A stretch of 64,000 nt of DNA from Pseudomonadota bacterium. GTDB taxonomy: Bacteria; Pseudomonadota; Gammaproteobacteria; Burkholderiales; Burkholderiaceae_D. Every line of letters begins with the position of its first letter. Position 1 is the stretch's first letter. The translations under genes and the position numbers were made by a program. The notes below the pieces were generated by a model. It searched no databases and was not told the origin of the DNA. It saw nothing but the letters and a program-made list of their open reading frames with translations. Below are positions 47,175 through 57,277 of the stretch, one piece after another. The DNA is taken from assembly GCA_040385745.1 (NCBI GenBank), contig JAZKGU010000053.1, positions 10,097 to 74,096 on the forward strand, given 5' to 3'.

Positions 47175-49994
47175 CTATTTTTTCTCTGGATACAGCACCA
47201 TCTGCACATAGTTCTTCAGGTTCAGATAGCGGCTCGCTGCATCGCGCAGGTCTTTGGCGGTCATGTCGTTGACGCGCTTTTCGTACGTCAGGATGGTCGC
47301 GGGATCCATGTCGTACAGTACCGACGTCTGTAGTCGGCTCATCCAGTAGCCATTCTCGCGCATCGACTTCTGATGTTGCTGCAGCCAGGCCTGCTTCACC
47401 TTGGACAGTTCCGCTTCGGTGGGACCATCAGTCTGCAGGCGCGTGATTTCAGCGTAAGTCGCCTTGAGCAGCTTGTCGACGTTCTCCGGCCCGGTCGGCA
47501 GCCCGATACCAGCGATGAAGCTTTGATTTGGCTCGCGCCCCAGACCACCGCCCATGCTGCCGCTGTAGATCAGAGCCAGCTTCTCGCGCAGCACTTCATT
47601 GATGCGCAGATTCATCACGGCGATCACGCCCTGCAAGCGCAGCTGCTCTTCTTCCGAATACTGGGCCGGGCCGCTGAAGGTGATCGAGACGACACTCTTT
47701 GGCTCGGTCCCGCTGCGTACTTCTTTGGCCACGATTCCCGTGACTGGCGCCACGCCGAGATCGCGGAAGGCAAGCTTGATATCGCCAGTTGGCAGGCTGG
47801 CCAGGTAGGTGGCCAGCAGGGGCTTGATCTTCTCGACATCGAAGCTGCCGGTAAACACGAACGTCATGCCCTTGGCGCTGGAGAAGCGTTCCTTGTAGAT
47901 GGCAATGCTGCGATCGAGATCCAGTTTGGCGAAATCGTCCGGACGCGGGACCCTCTGTACACGCGGATGATCCTTGTACAGGGTTGCCACAGCCACGTCC
48001 TGGAACACCGCTTCCGGCTGGGACAGGGCATTGCGGGTCTGCTGCACCTGCTTGGTCACGAAGGACTGGAACAGGTCCGGATCGCGGCGCGCGCCGGTGA
48101 AGCGCAGATGCACGAACTGGAGCATGGTTTCGATGTCGGCCACGCCGCTATTGCCGCTCACGAAGTCGGTGTACATCCCCATGCCGGTGCTGACCGATGC
48201 CGTTTTGCCGGCCAGGATTTTTTGCAGTTCCAGCGGGGCGTAATCCTTCAGGCCCATGCTCGACACCACGGCATGCGCATAGCGGGCGTTGAAGCGGTCG
48301 GCTTCCTCGAACAGCGACTGGCCGCCGAAACGGCTGGCGCTCATGAGCACCTGGTCATTGCGGAAGTCGGTTGGTTTGAGCACCACTTTCACGCCGTTGG
48401 ACAGGGTGAGCCGGGTCAGGCCGAGCTGCTTGTCCTGGCTTTCCGCCACAATGCGGCCGGCTGCTGGGGGCACTTCCATCAGTTGCGAGGCCAGCGCTTT
48501 CTCGTTGTTTGCGCTCACCTTCATCTGTTCGGCGGCGTCGACGGCAGCCAGCAGCTCGGCGTTGCTCGGCGCCGGCAGCTCGGTCTTGCTCGAGCCAAGG
48601 TACACCACCAGCTTGGGCGAGTTCGACGGAATAGTCGCGCGGGCGAAAGCGTTCATTTCCTCGAGCGTGATGGATGGAATCATCTCTTTGGCGTAATTGA
48701 ACTCGTTCTCGATGCCAGGCAGGCTTTCCTGTTCGAGGAAATTGCGTACGTATTCATTTACGTAGTTGACCGAGTCTGTCTTGTCGCGCTCGGCATAGGA
48801 ACGCTCGTAACCACGCATCAGGTTTTTCTTGGCGCGTTCCAGTTCGCCTGGATTGAAGCCAAACTGGCTGGCGCGGGCGTTTTCCTGGATCAGTGCATTG
48901 ATTGCAGGAACCGCACCACCGTTGCCCAAGGCAGCGCTAGCCGAGTAGGAGCGCTGGCGCGATGGCATTTTTTCCAGCGAGCTGGCGGCGCCCAGGAAGG
49001 GTGGATTGGCCAGCTGGGACAATTCCTGCAGGCGCTGGTTGAGCATGCCCGTGAACAGGGACTCGACCAGCTGGGCCCGGTAGTCGCCCAGGGTGATTTG
49101 CGCGAGCCGCTCGCGCACCGGGTAGCGGATGATGACGCTATTGCCGTTAGCTTCCTTGTCGGTAACCACCAGGGCTTCCGACTTGGTGAACGGAGCAATC
49201 TTCGCATCGACCGTCGGGCGCTGCTTGGCCGGGTTTTTCAGATCGGTGAAGTGCTTGCGGATCATGCCCTCCACTTCGGCCTGGTCAAGATCGCCCACGG
49301 CAACCACGGCCATCAGATTGGGCCGGTACCAGTCTTTATAGAAGCGGCGGATTTCGCCGTGCTTGAAGTTTTTGAGCACTTCTTCTTTGCCGATCGGCAG
49401 GCGTTCGGCATAGCGCGACCCATTGAACAGCTTGGGCAGGAGGACACGCTGCATGCGCTCGCCCGCGCCCTTGCGGCCGCGATTTTCTTCCAGCAGGACG
49501 CCACGTTCCTGGTCGATGTCCTCGGCGCGCATGGTCATGCCTTCGGCCACGTCGCGCATCATCAGGAAACCCTTGTCGACATTTTCCTTCTTGTCGGTCG
49601 GGATGGGCAGGATGTAGACGGTTTCATTGAAGCCGGTGTAGGCATTGAGATCGTTGCCGAACTGGACGCCGATCGACTGCAGGAACGAAATCAGCTCCTG
49701 TTTCTTGAAATTGGTGGTGCCGTTGAAGGCCATGTGCTCGGTAAAGTGGGCCAGGCCGCGCTGGCTGTCGTCTTCCATGATCGAACCAGCCTTGATCACC
49801 AGGCGCAGTTCCAGCTTCTTTTCCGGCTTGCCGTTCTTGTGGATATAGTAAGTCAGGCCATTGGGCAGTTTGCCCACTTTGACCTGGGGGCCGAGCGGCA
49901 GAGGATCGGACAGCTTGAGTGCGGCTTGCGCGGCGCTGGTGGACGCGAGCAGGAACACTGCAACGGCAAGCAGGCGGACGGAGTTATTCAGCAT
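47175..49994 (-). CDS. Secreted M16 family (pitrilysin/PqqL-like) zinc peptidase, two-module
   Basis: Start at the internal ATG 49994 gives the signal peptide MLNNSVRLLAVAVFLLASTSAAQA. Has the HFTEH inverted zincin motif. ~939 aa with duplicated M16 halves. Confidence 0.85.
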   Translation of the reverse strand: MLNNSVRLLAVAVFLLASTSAAQAALKLSDPLPLGPQVKVGKLPNGLTYYIHKNGKPEKKLELRLVIKAGSIMEDDSQRGLAHFTEHMAFNGTTNFKKQELISFLQSIGVQFGNDLNAYTGFNETVYILPIPTDKKENVDKGFLMMRDVAEGMTMRAEDIDQERGVLLEENRGRKGAGERMQRVLLPKLFNGSRYAERLPIGKEEVLKNFKHGEIRRFYKDWYRPNLMAVVAVGDLDQAEVEGMIRKHFTDLKNPAKQRPTVDAKIAPFTKSEALVVTDKEANGNSVIIRYPVRERLAQITLGDYRAQLVESLFTGMLNQRLQELSQLANPPFLGAASSLEKMPSRQRSYSASAALGNGGAVPAINALIQENARASQFGFNPGELERAKKNLMRGYERSYAERDKTDSVNYVNEYVRNFLEQESLPGIENEFNYAKEMIPSITLEEMNAFARATIPSNSPKLVVYLGSSKTELPAPSNAELLAAVDAAEQMKVSANNEKALASQLMEVPPAAGRIVAESQDKQLGLTRLTLSNGVKVVLKPTDFRNDQVLMSASRFGGQSLFEEADRFNARYAHAVVSSMGLKDYAPLELQKILAGKTASVSTGMGMYTDFVSGNSGVADIETMLQFVHLRFTGARRDPDLFQSFVTKQVQQTRNALSQPEAVFQDVAVATLYKDHPRVQRVPRPDDFAKLDLDRSIAIYKERFSSAKGMTFVFTGSFDVEKIKPLLATYLASLPTGDIKLAFRDLGVAPVTGIVAKEVRSGTEPKSVVSITFSGPAQYSEEEQLRLQGVIAVMNLRINEVLREKLALIYSGSMGGGLGREPNQSFIAGIGLPTGPENVDKLLKATYAEITRLQTDGPTEAELSKVKQAWLQQHQKSMRENGYWMSRLQTSVLYDMDPATILTYEKRVNDMTAKDLRDAASRYLNLKNYVQMVLYPEKK

Positions 49995-50251
49995 GGGCAG
50001 ATGGCCTTGATGTAAGTAAGCCAGAATTTTACACTCAGGCTTATCGGCTACGGTGTCAGAAAAGGGGCGTCCGGAAATTATCCTGCCCCCAAAGCGTGTA
50101 AAGAGATTCGTCTGGAGCCGAAGAAACATCTTTACATGCAGCGAAGCATATCCGGACCGTAACACAGCAAGGAAAGTTTTAGACGAAATACGATGGAGCG
50201 GAACGAATGGCGCTCTGGAGGGGACGAAGCGCGGCCGCAGCCGCGCAGGGT

Positions 50252-51799
50252 CTAGGCGGGTGCCGAGGGCAGCAGGCTGGTCGGGCTAGCCAGAAGGATC
50301 GCCATCTTGTCGGCGGTGACGGGGCGGCTGAACAAATAGCCCTGGACTTCATCGCAGCCGATGCGCAGCAAAAATTCCAGCTGCCCCTCGGTTTCGACGC
50401 CTTCAGCAATGACGACCAGGTTCAGGCCGTGCGCCAGTGCGATGGTGGCCTGGGCAATTGCTGCGCTGCGTGGCTCGGTGGTGATATTGCGTACGAAAGT
50501 CTGGTCGATCTTGAGTTTGTCGAGCATGAAACGCGACAGGTAGCCAAGCGAGGAATAGCCAGTGCCAAAGTCGTCGAGCGAAATGGAAATGCCCATGCTC
50601 GTCAGTTCGGCCAGCTGGGCCGCAATGGCTTCGCTGTCGCGCACCATCACGCTTTCGGTCAGCTCGATTTCGAGGTACTGCGGCGCCAGTCCGCTTTCGG
50701 CCAGGGCAGCACGTACCACATCGGGCAAAGTGCCGGTAAAGAACTGGTGTGCCGACACATTGACCGCGACACGGCATGGCGGCAGGCCGGCATCTTGCCA
50801 GGCCTTGTTTTGCAGGCAGGCCTGGCGCATTACCCAGGTGCCGATGGGCAGAATCAAGCCGGTATCCTCGGCCAGGGCGATAAAGTCGCCGGGCGGGACA
50901 TTGCCCAGGTCGGGGCTGTGCCAGCGTAACAAGGCTTCCATGCTGCACATGGCACCGGTGGCGAGCGAGATCTGGGGCTGATAATGCAAGGACAACTGGC
51001 CGCGGTCGATGGCGCGCCGCAGGTGGGTTTCGAGCGCCATCCAGCGCAGGGCCTGATCGTTCATTTCGCCCTTGAAGAAACGAAAACCGTTGCGGCCGGT
51101 TTCTTTCATGTGAGACAACGCCACGTCGGCGGCCTTGAGCAGGTCACTTGGGGTAGCGCCATCGCGCGGGTACACACTGATGCCGATGCTGCCCGTCAAG
51201 ATCAGATCGTGGCCGTTCAGTTGCACGGGGCGCGCAATTTCTTCGATCAGGTGGCGCGCCGCGGCGATGATGTGGTCGGAGTCGGGACAATTGGTCAGCA
51301 ACAGCACGAATTCGTCGCCGCCCAGATGGGACAGTACATCGTTGGCCTGGGTGAGGGCGCCGGCGCGGGCGGCCATTTCCTGGAGCATGGCGTCGCCGGT
51401 TTCATGGCCAAGGCTGTCGTTGATGCGCTGCAGGCGGTCCAGGTTGAGTAACAGCAGGGCAATCTGGCGCTCGCCGTCGCGCGCGGCAGCAATGGCCTGG
51501 CGCAGACGCTCGCCGAGCACCGCGCGATTGGGCAGCAAGGTCAGGGGATCATGGCTGTTGAGGAATGCAAGCTGATGATGGGCGGCTTCGGCCTGCTGCC
51601 TGGCGCGTGCCTCCAACTGCATCCGCGCGGCGATCGATTCGGTAAAAAGCTGAGCCAGCTCGGTAGCGGCAGCGGGATTGTCCAGATGGTGGCGCTGCAG
51701 GATTTCGCAGATGGCGTCGGCCGCCGTGCCAGCAGCGCTGGCATCCTCAGGTGTCTGGCGACACAGCGCTGCCCTCAGTTGACCCGTCATCCTGCACAT
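50252..51799 (-). CDS. GGDEF-EAL diguanylate cyclase/phosphodiesterase
   Basis: 515 aa. Intact GGDEF (HLGGDEFVLL) and an EAL domain (MEALLRW, DDFGTGYSSL, KIDQTFV). Short N-terminus with no recognisable sensor. Confidence 0.88.
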   Translation of the reverse strand: MCRMTGQLRAALCRQTPEDASAAGTAADAICEILQRHHLDNPAAATELAQLFTESIAARMQLEARARQQAEAAHHQLAFLNSHDPLTLLPNRAVLGERLRQAIAAARDGERQIALLLLNLDRLQRINDSLGHETGDAMLQEMAARAGALTQANDVLSHLGGDEFVLLLTNCPDSDHIIAAARHLIEEIARPVQLNGHDLILTGSIGISVYPRDGATPSDLLKAADVALSHMKETGRNGFRFFKGEMNDQALRWMALETHLRRAIDRGQLSLHYQPQISLATGAMCSMEALLRWHSPDLGNVPPGDFIALAEDTGLILPIGTWVMRQACLQNKAWQDAGLPPCRVAVNVSAHQFFTGTLPDVVRAALAESGLAPQYLEIELTESVMVRDSEAIAAQLAELTSMGISISLDDFGTGYSSLGYLSRFMLDKLKIDQTFVRNITTEPRSAAIAQATIALAHGLNLVVIAEGVETEGQLEFLLRIGCDEVQGYLFSRPVTADKMAILLASPTSLLPSAPA

Positions 51800-52098
51800 C
51801 CTGCAAGCAGCGCAAGGTCACGTCGTTTCTGGTGCATTGTGAACTCCTCAGGGCTTCGACAAAGCAGTAGAGTCGAATGGTTGAGCACCATAATAATGCA
51901 GCTTGGGTATTGTTGCTTGTTAAATTTAAAAAATTAACACATTTACCCAACGGAATTATATTTTGTTGTTCATGCATCATGTGTAGAAATTGTCCAGAGG
52001 GTAGTGGCAAGCCAAAACGGAAGCTTAGGCCGGTTGAAGTTGTGTAAATCCTTTAAAATAGCGGATTGCGCAAAAGCACCCCAGTTACCGAGGAAGCC

Positions 52099-53211
52099 AT
52101 GACCATCTCCAGCACCCAAGAAATCGTCGAAGAACTGCGCGCGGGGCGCATGGTGATCCTGGTAGACGAAGAAGACCGCGAGAACGAGGGCGACCTGGTG
52201 CTCGCAGCCGATTTTGTCACGCCCGAAGCCATCAATTTCATGGTCAAGCATGCGCGCGGTCTGGTGTGCCTGACGCTGAACGAAGAGCGCTGCAAGCTGC
52301 TCAAGCTGCCGATGATGACGACGAGCAATGGAACCTCCTTCGGCACCAATTTCACCGTCTCAATCGAAGCTGCCGAAGGTGTAACCACGGGCATTTCGGC
52401 GGCCGACCGCGCCCGCACCATCCAGGTCGCCGTGGCCAAGAACGCGAGCCCGAACGACATCGTGCAGCCGGGCCATATTTTTCCCTTGAAGGCGCAGCGC
52501 GGCGGGGTGCTGATGCGCGCCGGTCATACCGAAGCCGGTTGCGACCTGACCGAGATGGCCGGCCTGACGCCCGCATCGGTCATTTGCGAGATCATGAAGG
52601 ACGACGGTAGCATGGCGCGCCTGCCGGACCTGCTCGAATTTGCCAAAGAACACAATCTGAAGATCGGCACCATTGCCGACCTGATCCATTACCGCAGTGA
52701 AAACGAATGCCTGGTCGAGCGCATCGCCGAACGGGCCATGAGCACTATCTACGGCGACTTCCGCCTTGTCGCCTTCCGTGACAAGCCGAGCGGCTCGGCC
52801 CACCTGGCCATGGTGCATGGCGAGCTCGATCCGAACCGGGAGTCGCTGGTGCGGGTGCATCAGCCTGTCTCGATTCTTGACCTGCTGGAAACGCGCGCCA
52901 CCACCCATTCGTGGACCATCAGCTCGTCGATGCAAGCCATCAAGGCCGCCGAGAGCGGCGTCATCGTGCTGCTCAATTGCGGCGAGAATGCCGATCAGCT
53001 GTTTGCCCAGTTCGCCGCGCTCGATAAGCCCGAGACCAAGCCACAGGCGCGCGCCGCCAGCATGGACTTGCGCACCTATGGCATCGGCGCCCAGATCCTC
53101 AAGGACCTTGGCGTGCGCAAGATGCAGTTGCTGGCCAGCCCGCGCAAAATGCCGTCGATGACCGGTTTCGACCTGGAAGTCACCGGTTTTATGGCCAAGC
53201 CGGCCGAGTGA
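52099..53211 (+). CDS. ribB: 3,4-dihydroxy-2-butanone-4-phosphate synthase fused to a degenerate GTP cyclohydrolase II-like domain
   Basis: ATG at 52099 after GAGGAAG. The RibB core is DRENEGDLV...GHTEA. The C-terminal RibA-like half reads VRVHQPVSILDLL, where active RibA has VRVHSECLTGD, and it lacks the zinc-binding Cys. Confidence 0.85.
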   Translation: MTISSTQEIVEELRAGRMVILVDEEDRENEGDLVLAADFVTPEAINFMVKHARGLVCLTLNEERCKLLKLPMMTTSNGTSFGTNFTVSIEAAEGVTTGISAADRARTIQVAVAKNASPNDIVQPGHIFPLKAQRGGVLMRAGHTEAGCDLTEMAGLTPASVICEIMKDDGSMARLPDLLEFAKEHNLKIGTIADLIHYRSENECLVERIAERAMSTIYGDFRLVAFRDKPSGSAHLAMVHGELDPNRESLVRVHQPVSILDLLETRATTHSWTISSSMQAIKAAESGVIVLLNCGENADQLFAQFAALDKPETKPQARAASMDLRTYGIGAQILKDLGVRKMQLLASPRKMPSMTGFDLEVTGFMAKPAE

Positions 53212-53256
53212 CGCTGTACACTACACCACATTCAACAGTTTAATAAGAGGCCAGTC

Positions 53257-53736
53257 ATGACCGTAGGAACCTATGAGAGCAACCTGACCGGCGAAGGCCT
53301 GCGTATTGGAATCGTCCAGGCGCGTTTTAACGCCGATGTCGGCCACGGCTTGTTGTCGTCCTGCCTGGCAGAACTCAAGCACCTGGGCGTGGCGGATGAA
53401 GACGTGCTGCACGTGACCGTGCCTGGCGCGCTGGAAATCCCGCTGGCCCTGCAAAAAATGGCAGAAACCCAGCAGTTCGACGCCTTGGTGGCGCTGGGCG
53501 CGGTGATCCGCGGCGAGACCTATCACTTTGAACTGGTCGCCAATGAATCGGGCGCCGGCATTACCCGTGTTGCGCTGGACATGGGGATTTCGATCGCCAA
53601 TGCCGTGCTGACCACCGAAAATGATGAGCAGGCCGAGGCGCGCATGGCTGAAAAGGGCGCCGATGCCGCGCGCGTGGCCGTGGAAATGGCCAACCTGCTG
53701 ATCGCGCTCGAAGAGCTGCAGGCCGAAGAAGATTAA
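53257..53736 (+). CDS. ribH: 6,7-dimethyl-8-ribityllumazine synthase
   Basis: 159 aa with VPGALEIP and [12 protein letters not shown] motifs. Confidence 0.93.
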   Translation: MTVGTYESNLTGEGLRIGIVQARFNADVGHGLLSSCLAELKHLGVADEDVLHVTVPGALEIPLALQKMAETQQFDALVALGAVIRGETYHFELVANESGAGITRVALDMGISIANAVLTTENDEQAEARMAEKGADAARVAVEMANLLIALEELQAEED

Positions 53737-53778
53737 GCACACACTATTAGTACGCACTAAAAGAACAGGTAAGGAACC

Positions 53779-54249
53779 ATGATAGAGAAAACCACGCACG
53801 CCAACCCGAGCAAGAACCGGACCCCGCGCCACCGCGCGCGCGAGTTCGCCTTGCAGGGCTTGTACCAATGGCTGCTCAACAACGAAGACGCGACCACGGT
53901 CGTGAACAATATTCGCGCAGCGCACGGCTTCGAGAAAGCCGACGCCGACCATTTCGCCGTGCTGCTATATGGCGCGATTAAGGATTCGGTTGCCTTGCGC
54001 GAAGCGTTTGCCCCGCTGATCGACCGTGGCGTGGCCGAGTTGTCGCCCATTGAGCATGGCGTGCTGCTGATCGGCGCCTTCGAGCTGAAGAACAACCTGG
54101 AGATTCCATACCGCGTCGTCATCAACGAGGCGGTCGAACTGACCAAGTCGTTTGGCGGTATCGACGGACACAAGTACGTGAACGGGGTGCTCGACAAGCT
54201 GGCGCCCAAGCTGCGGCCCGATGAGCTGAGCGCCGATACGCGGCGTTAA
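53779..54249 (+). CDS. nusB: Transcription antitermination factor NusB
   Basis: 156 aa with the RHRAREFALQGLYQW N-terminus. Follows ribH, as in many bacteria. Confidence 0.92.
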   Translation: MIEKTTHANPSKNRTPRHRAREFALQGLYQWLLNNEDATTVVNNIRAAHGFEKADADHFAVLLYGAIKDSVALREAFAPLIDRGVAELSPIEHGVLLIGAFELKNNLEIPYRVVINEAVELTKSFGGIDGHKYVNGVLDKLAPKLRPDELSADTRR

Positions 54250-54286
54250 TAAAAAAAGCCACCTGCAAAAAGGTGGCTTTTTCGTT
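54250..54286. terminator. Bidirectional rho-independent terminator
   Basis: aaaaaaagccacct-gcaaaa-aggtggctttttcgtt, between convergent nusB and the lytic transglycosylase gene. Confidence 0.8.
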
Positions 54287-54300
54287 ATGGCGCGTGGCGC

Positions 54301-55194
54301 TTACAAACCTGCGATTGCTTCGCCAGTAGCTGCCGGGGTCACTTCCGGCGCAGGTGCCGGCGCTGGAGGAGGCGTTGGCTTGGTAATGGTAGGCACTTGC
54401 TTGCCTTTTGCTACCAGCTTGAGCATGCCGTACTCTTTCAGTACCTTGGAACCGTAGCCCGAATCGGTCTCGAAAGCGGCTGCGCCCACATAGGTCTTCA
54501 GGCCGGCTTCCACGGAACCACCGCGGCTCACATACTCTTTCAGAATCTGTGCGCCGACACGGATGTTGGCCACCGGATTGAGCGCAGCCTGAGTGCCGCC
54601 CATTTCCTTGAAGCGATCACGGTGCACCTTCGACATGACCTGCATCAGGCCCTGCGCGCCGACCGGGCTTTCGGCAAACGGATTTAGGCGCGATTCGATG
54701 GCCATCACGGCCAGGATCAGCAGGGGGTCGAGCTTGAGGTCGCGCGCCGTCAGATAGGCGGTCGAGACCAGCATATTGGTTGCATCGCCTGCCACGCGAT
54801 AGCGCTTGGCGAGCCAGTTGGTGACAAATTCTTGCTGCTTGGCGTTGCCGAGCATCGCTTTTTCAGCGGCGGTCAGCGGTACCGGGTCAGCTTCAACTGC
54901 CGGGGCGGCGGTCGTGGCCACTGCAGGCGCTTCCATCAGGGCCGACAAGGCGGGAGCTTGCACTTGTGCTACTTGCTGTGCTGGCGCGAGGAACTGCGAC
55001 AGCTGGTGCGCCACATCCGGACGGGCATATAAAACAGCCATCACGGCCAGGGCGGAAAGACCAATTGCGGTCAAGGTGTGCTGCATGGTGGTTGCTACAC
55101 CACGTGCCGTCTTCGTCACGGAAGTCCACGTGACTGGCTGGGCAGCCAGAGATTGGGCTTGCTGTACTGCAGCCCCGATAATACGAATTGCCAT
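54301..55194 (-). CDS. Lytic transglycosylase (SLT domain) protein
   Basis: The SLT catalytic region reads AIESRLNPFAESPVGAQGLMQV. Start is uncertain. An internal ATG at 55086 would give an N-terminal TM anchor. Confidence 0.8.
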   Translation of the reverse strand: MAIRIIGAAVQQAQSLAAQPVTWTSVTKTARGVATTMQHTLTAIGLSALAVMAVLYARPDVAHQLSQFLAPAQQVAQVQAPALSALMEAPAVATTAAPAVEADPVPLTAAEKAMLGNAKQQEFVTNWLAKRYRVAGDATNMLVSTAYLTARDLKLDPLLILAVMAIESRLNPFAESPVGAQGLMQVMSKVHRDRFKEMGGTQAALNPVANIRVGAQILKEYVSRGGSVEAGLKTYVGAAAFETDSGYGSKVLKEYGMLKLVAKGKQVPTITKPTPPPAPAPAPEVTPAATGEAIAGL

Positions 55195-55664
55195 CGAATT
55201 CCCCTTTGTCGCGACAAAAGCTATCCCAGCACCGCGCTTTGGCGCAGCGGGTTCAACACATGCCGTGCATCAGAAATATCGTTTATCGACGCGAAGCGCA
55301 GTCGAATAACGCCGTCATTGCTTGCTTCAGCTGGCTTTTCCCGTGTGGTATTGGGCCAGTAGCTAAACAACTGTTTCGGGGGTTTAGGCAGACGCCTATG
55401 AGAACACTCCTTAAAAATGTCGTTGGGGCCCCGACCCCGTGAATGGTTGAGAACAGCTAGAATTGGGTCCGTGGACGCAGCTGCCTCATCAACTAAGACA
55501 AATTGTAGAAGCTGTCTTATATCAAGTCAATACTAACACCGTTGGCTCTTATTACTTTTAGATCTTACTTTTTTTGCCGCATTGCAGCAAAGCCCTGTTA
55601 AATCAACTACTTGGGCTGGCTATTTGAACAATTATGATGCCAAGAAAAAAAGAATGAAAAACCG

Positions 55665-57149
55665 ATGAAATATTCAGATCTACGTGATTTTATTGCTCAG
55701 TTACAAGAAATGGGTGAATTGAAGCGCATTTCCTTGCCAATTTCACCATATTTGGAGATGACGGAGGTCTGCGACCGCACTTTGCGGGCCGGTGGACCGG
55801 CTATTTTGTTCGACAATCCGAGTGGCCACCGCATGCCGGTGTTGGGCAACCTGTTCGGCACGCCGCGCCGGGTGGCGCTGGGCATGGGCGCGGCCGATGT
55901 GAGCGAGCTTCGCAAGATTGGTCACGTCCTGGCGCGCCTGAAGGAGCCGGAGCCGCCAAAGGGCTTCAAGGATCTGATGGGCCTTGGATCGCTGGTCAAG
56001 GCTGTGTGGGATATGTCGCCCAAGGAAATCAAGGGCGCGCCCTGCCAGGAGATCGTGTGGGAGGGCGCCGATGTCGACCTGGCGCGCCTGCCCATCCAGC
56101 ATTGCTGGCCCGGCGACGTGGCGCCGCTGATCACCTGGGGTCTGGTTATTACCAAGGGCCCTAACAAGAAGCGCCAGAACCTGGGAATTTATCGCCAGCA
56201 GGTCCTGGGTCCGAACAAAGTCATCATGCGCTGGCTTGCGCATCGGGGCGGCGCGCTCGATTTCCGCGAGCACGGCATCGCCACCAAGGGCCAGCCTTAT
56301 CCGGTGGCGGTGGCGCTGGGCGCCGATCCGGCCACCATACTGGGCGCAGTCACACCAGTGCCCGACAGCTTGTCCGAATACCAGTTTGCCGGGCTATTAC
56401 GGGGCAACCGCACGGTGCTCACCAAAGCCATCGGCAGCGAGTTGCGGGTGCCGGCGTCGGCCGAGATTGTGCTGGAAGGGCATATTTATGCCGACCCCAA
56501 TCATCCGAGTGGCTACGAGCATGCGCTGGAGGGGCCGTATGGCGACCATACTGGTTACTATAATGAGCAGGACAGTTTCCCGGTATTCACCATCGACCGC
56601 ATCACCATGCGGCGCGACCCGATTTATCACTCTACGTATACAGGCAAGCCGCCCGATGAGCCGGCCGTGCTGGGGGTGGCCCTGAACGAGGTGTTCATTC
56701 CACTGCTTCAAAAGCAGTTTACCGAGATAACCGATTTCTACCTGCCGCCCGAAGGGTGCAGCTACCGCATGGCGGTAGTGCAGATGAAAAAGCAGTATGC
56801 CGGCCATGCCAAACGGGTCATGTTCGGCGTGTGGAGCTTCCTGCGCCAGTTCATGTATACCAAGTTCATTGTTGTGGTCGATGAAGACGTTGACATCCGT
56901 GACTGGAAGGAAGTGATCTGGGCCATCACCACACGGGTGGACCCAATGCGCGACACGCTGCTGGTCGACAATACGCCGATCGATTACCTGGACTTTGCCT
57001 CGCCGGTTAGCGGGTTGGGCAGCAAAATGGGCATTGATGCCACCAACAAGTGGCCAGGGGAAACCAATCGGGAGTGGGGCACTACTATCAGCATGACGCC
57101 CGAGGTCAAGAAGAAGGTGGATTCGATCTGGCAGGAATTGGGACTGTAG
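55665..57149 (+). CDS. ubiD: 4-hydroxy-3-polyprenylbenzoate decarboxylase
   Basis: 494 aa. [23 protein letters not shown]-terminus with full-length UbiD resemblance. Confidence 0.93.
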   Translation: MKYSDLRDFIAQLQEMGELKRISLPISPYLEMTEVCDRTLRAGGPAILFDNPSGHRMPVLGNLFGTPRRVALGMGAADVSELRKIGHVLARLKEPEPPKGFKDLMGLGSLVKAVWDMSPKEIKGAPCQEIVWEGADVDLARLPIQHCWPGDVAPLITWGLVITKGPNKKRQNLGIYRQQVLGPNKVIMRWLAHRGGALDFREHGIATKGQPYPVAVALGADPATILGAVTPVPDSLSEYQFAGLLRGNRTVLTKAIGSELRVPASAEIVLEGHIYADPNHPSGYEHALEGPYGDHTGYYNEQDSFPVFTIDRITMRRDPIYHSTYTGKPPDEPAVLGVALNEVFIPLLQKQFTEITDFYLPPEGCSYRMAVVQMKKQYAGHAKRVMFGVWSFLRQFMYTKFIVVVDEDVDIRDWKEVIWAITTRVDPMRDTLLVDNTPIDYLDFASPVSGLGSKMGIDATNKWPGETNREWGTTISMTPEVKKKVDSIWQELGL

Positions 57150-57156
57150 GCACGAT

Positions 57157-57277
57157 CACCCCGTCTTCCCCGCGGAGGCGGGGACCCATACCACCTTTGG
57201 TAAGTGATTAACTCGTATAAATTTGTTGGCTTATATGATGTGCTATGGATCCCCGCCTTCGCGGGGAAGACGGGGTG
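57157..57277. repeat. Extragenic palindromic element, family 1, copy C (expanded AT-rich centre)
   Basis: caccccgtcttccccgcggaggcggggacccata ... ctatggatccccgccttcgcggggaagacggggtg. The arms are separated by ~50 nt of AT-rich sequence. Confidence 0.8.

Noticed and set aside
49995-50251. 8-bp inverted repeat tgtaaaga-N24-tctttaca in the M16 peptidase upstream region.
   Set aside because: The arms are short with a long spacer, so it is easily a chance occurrence, and there is no supporting context.
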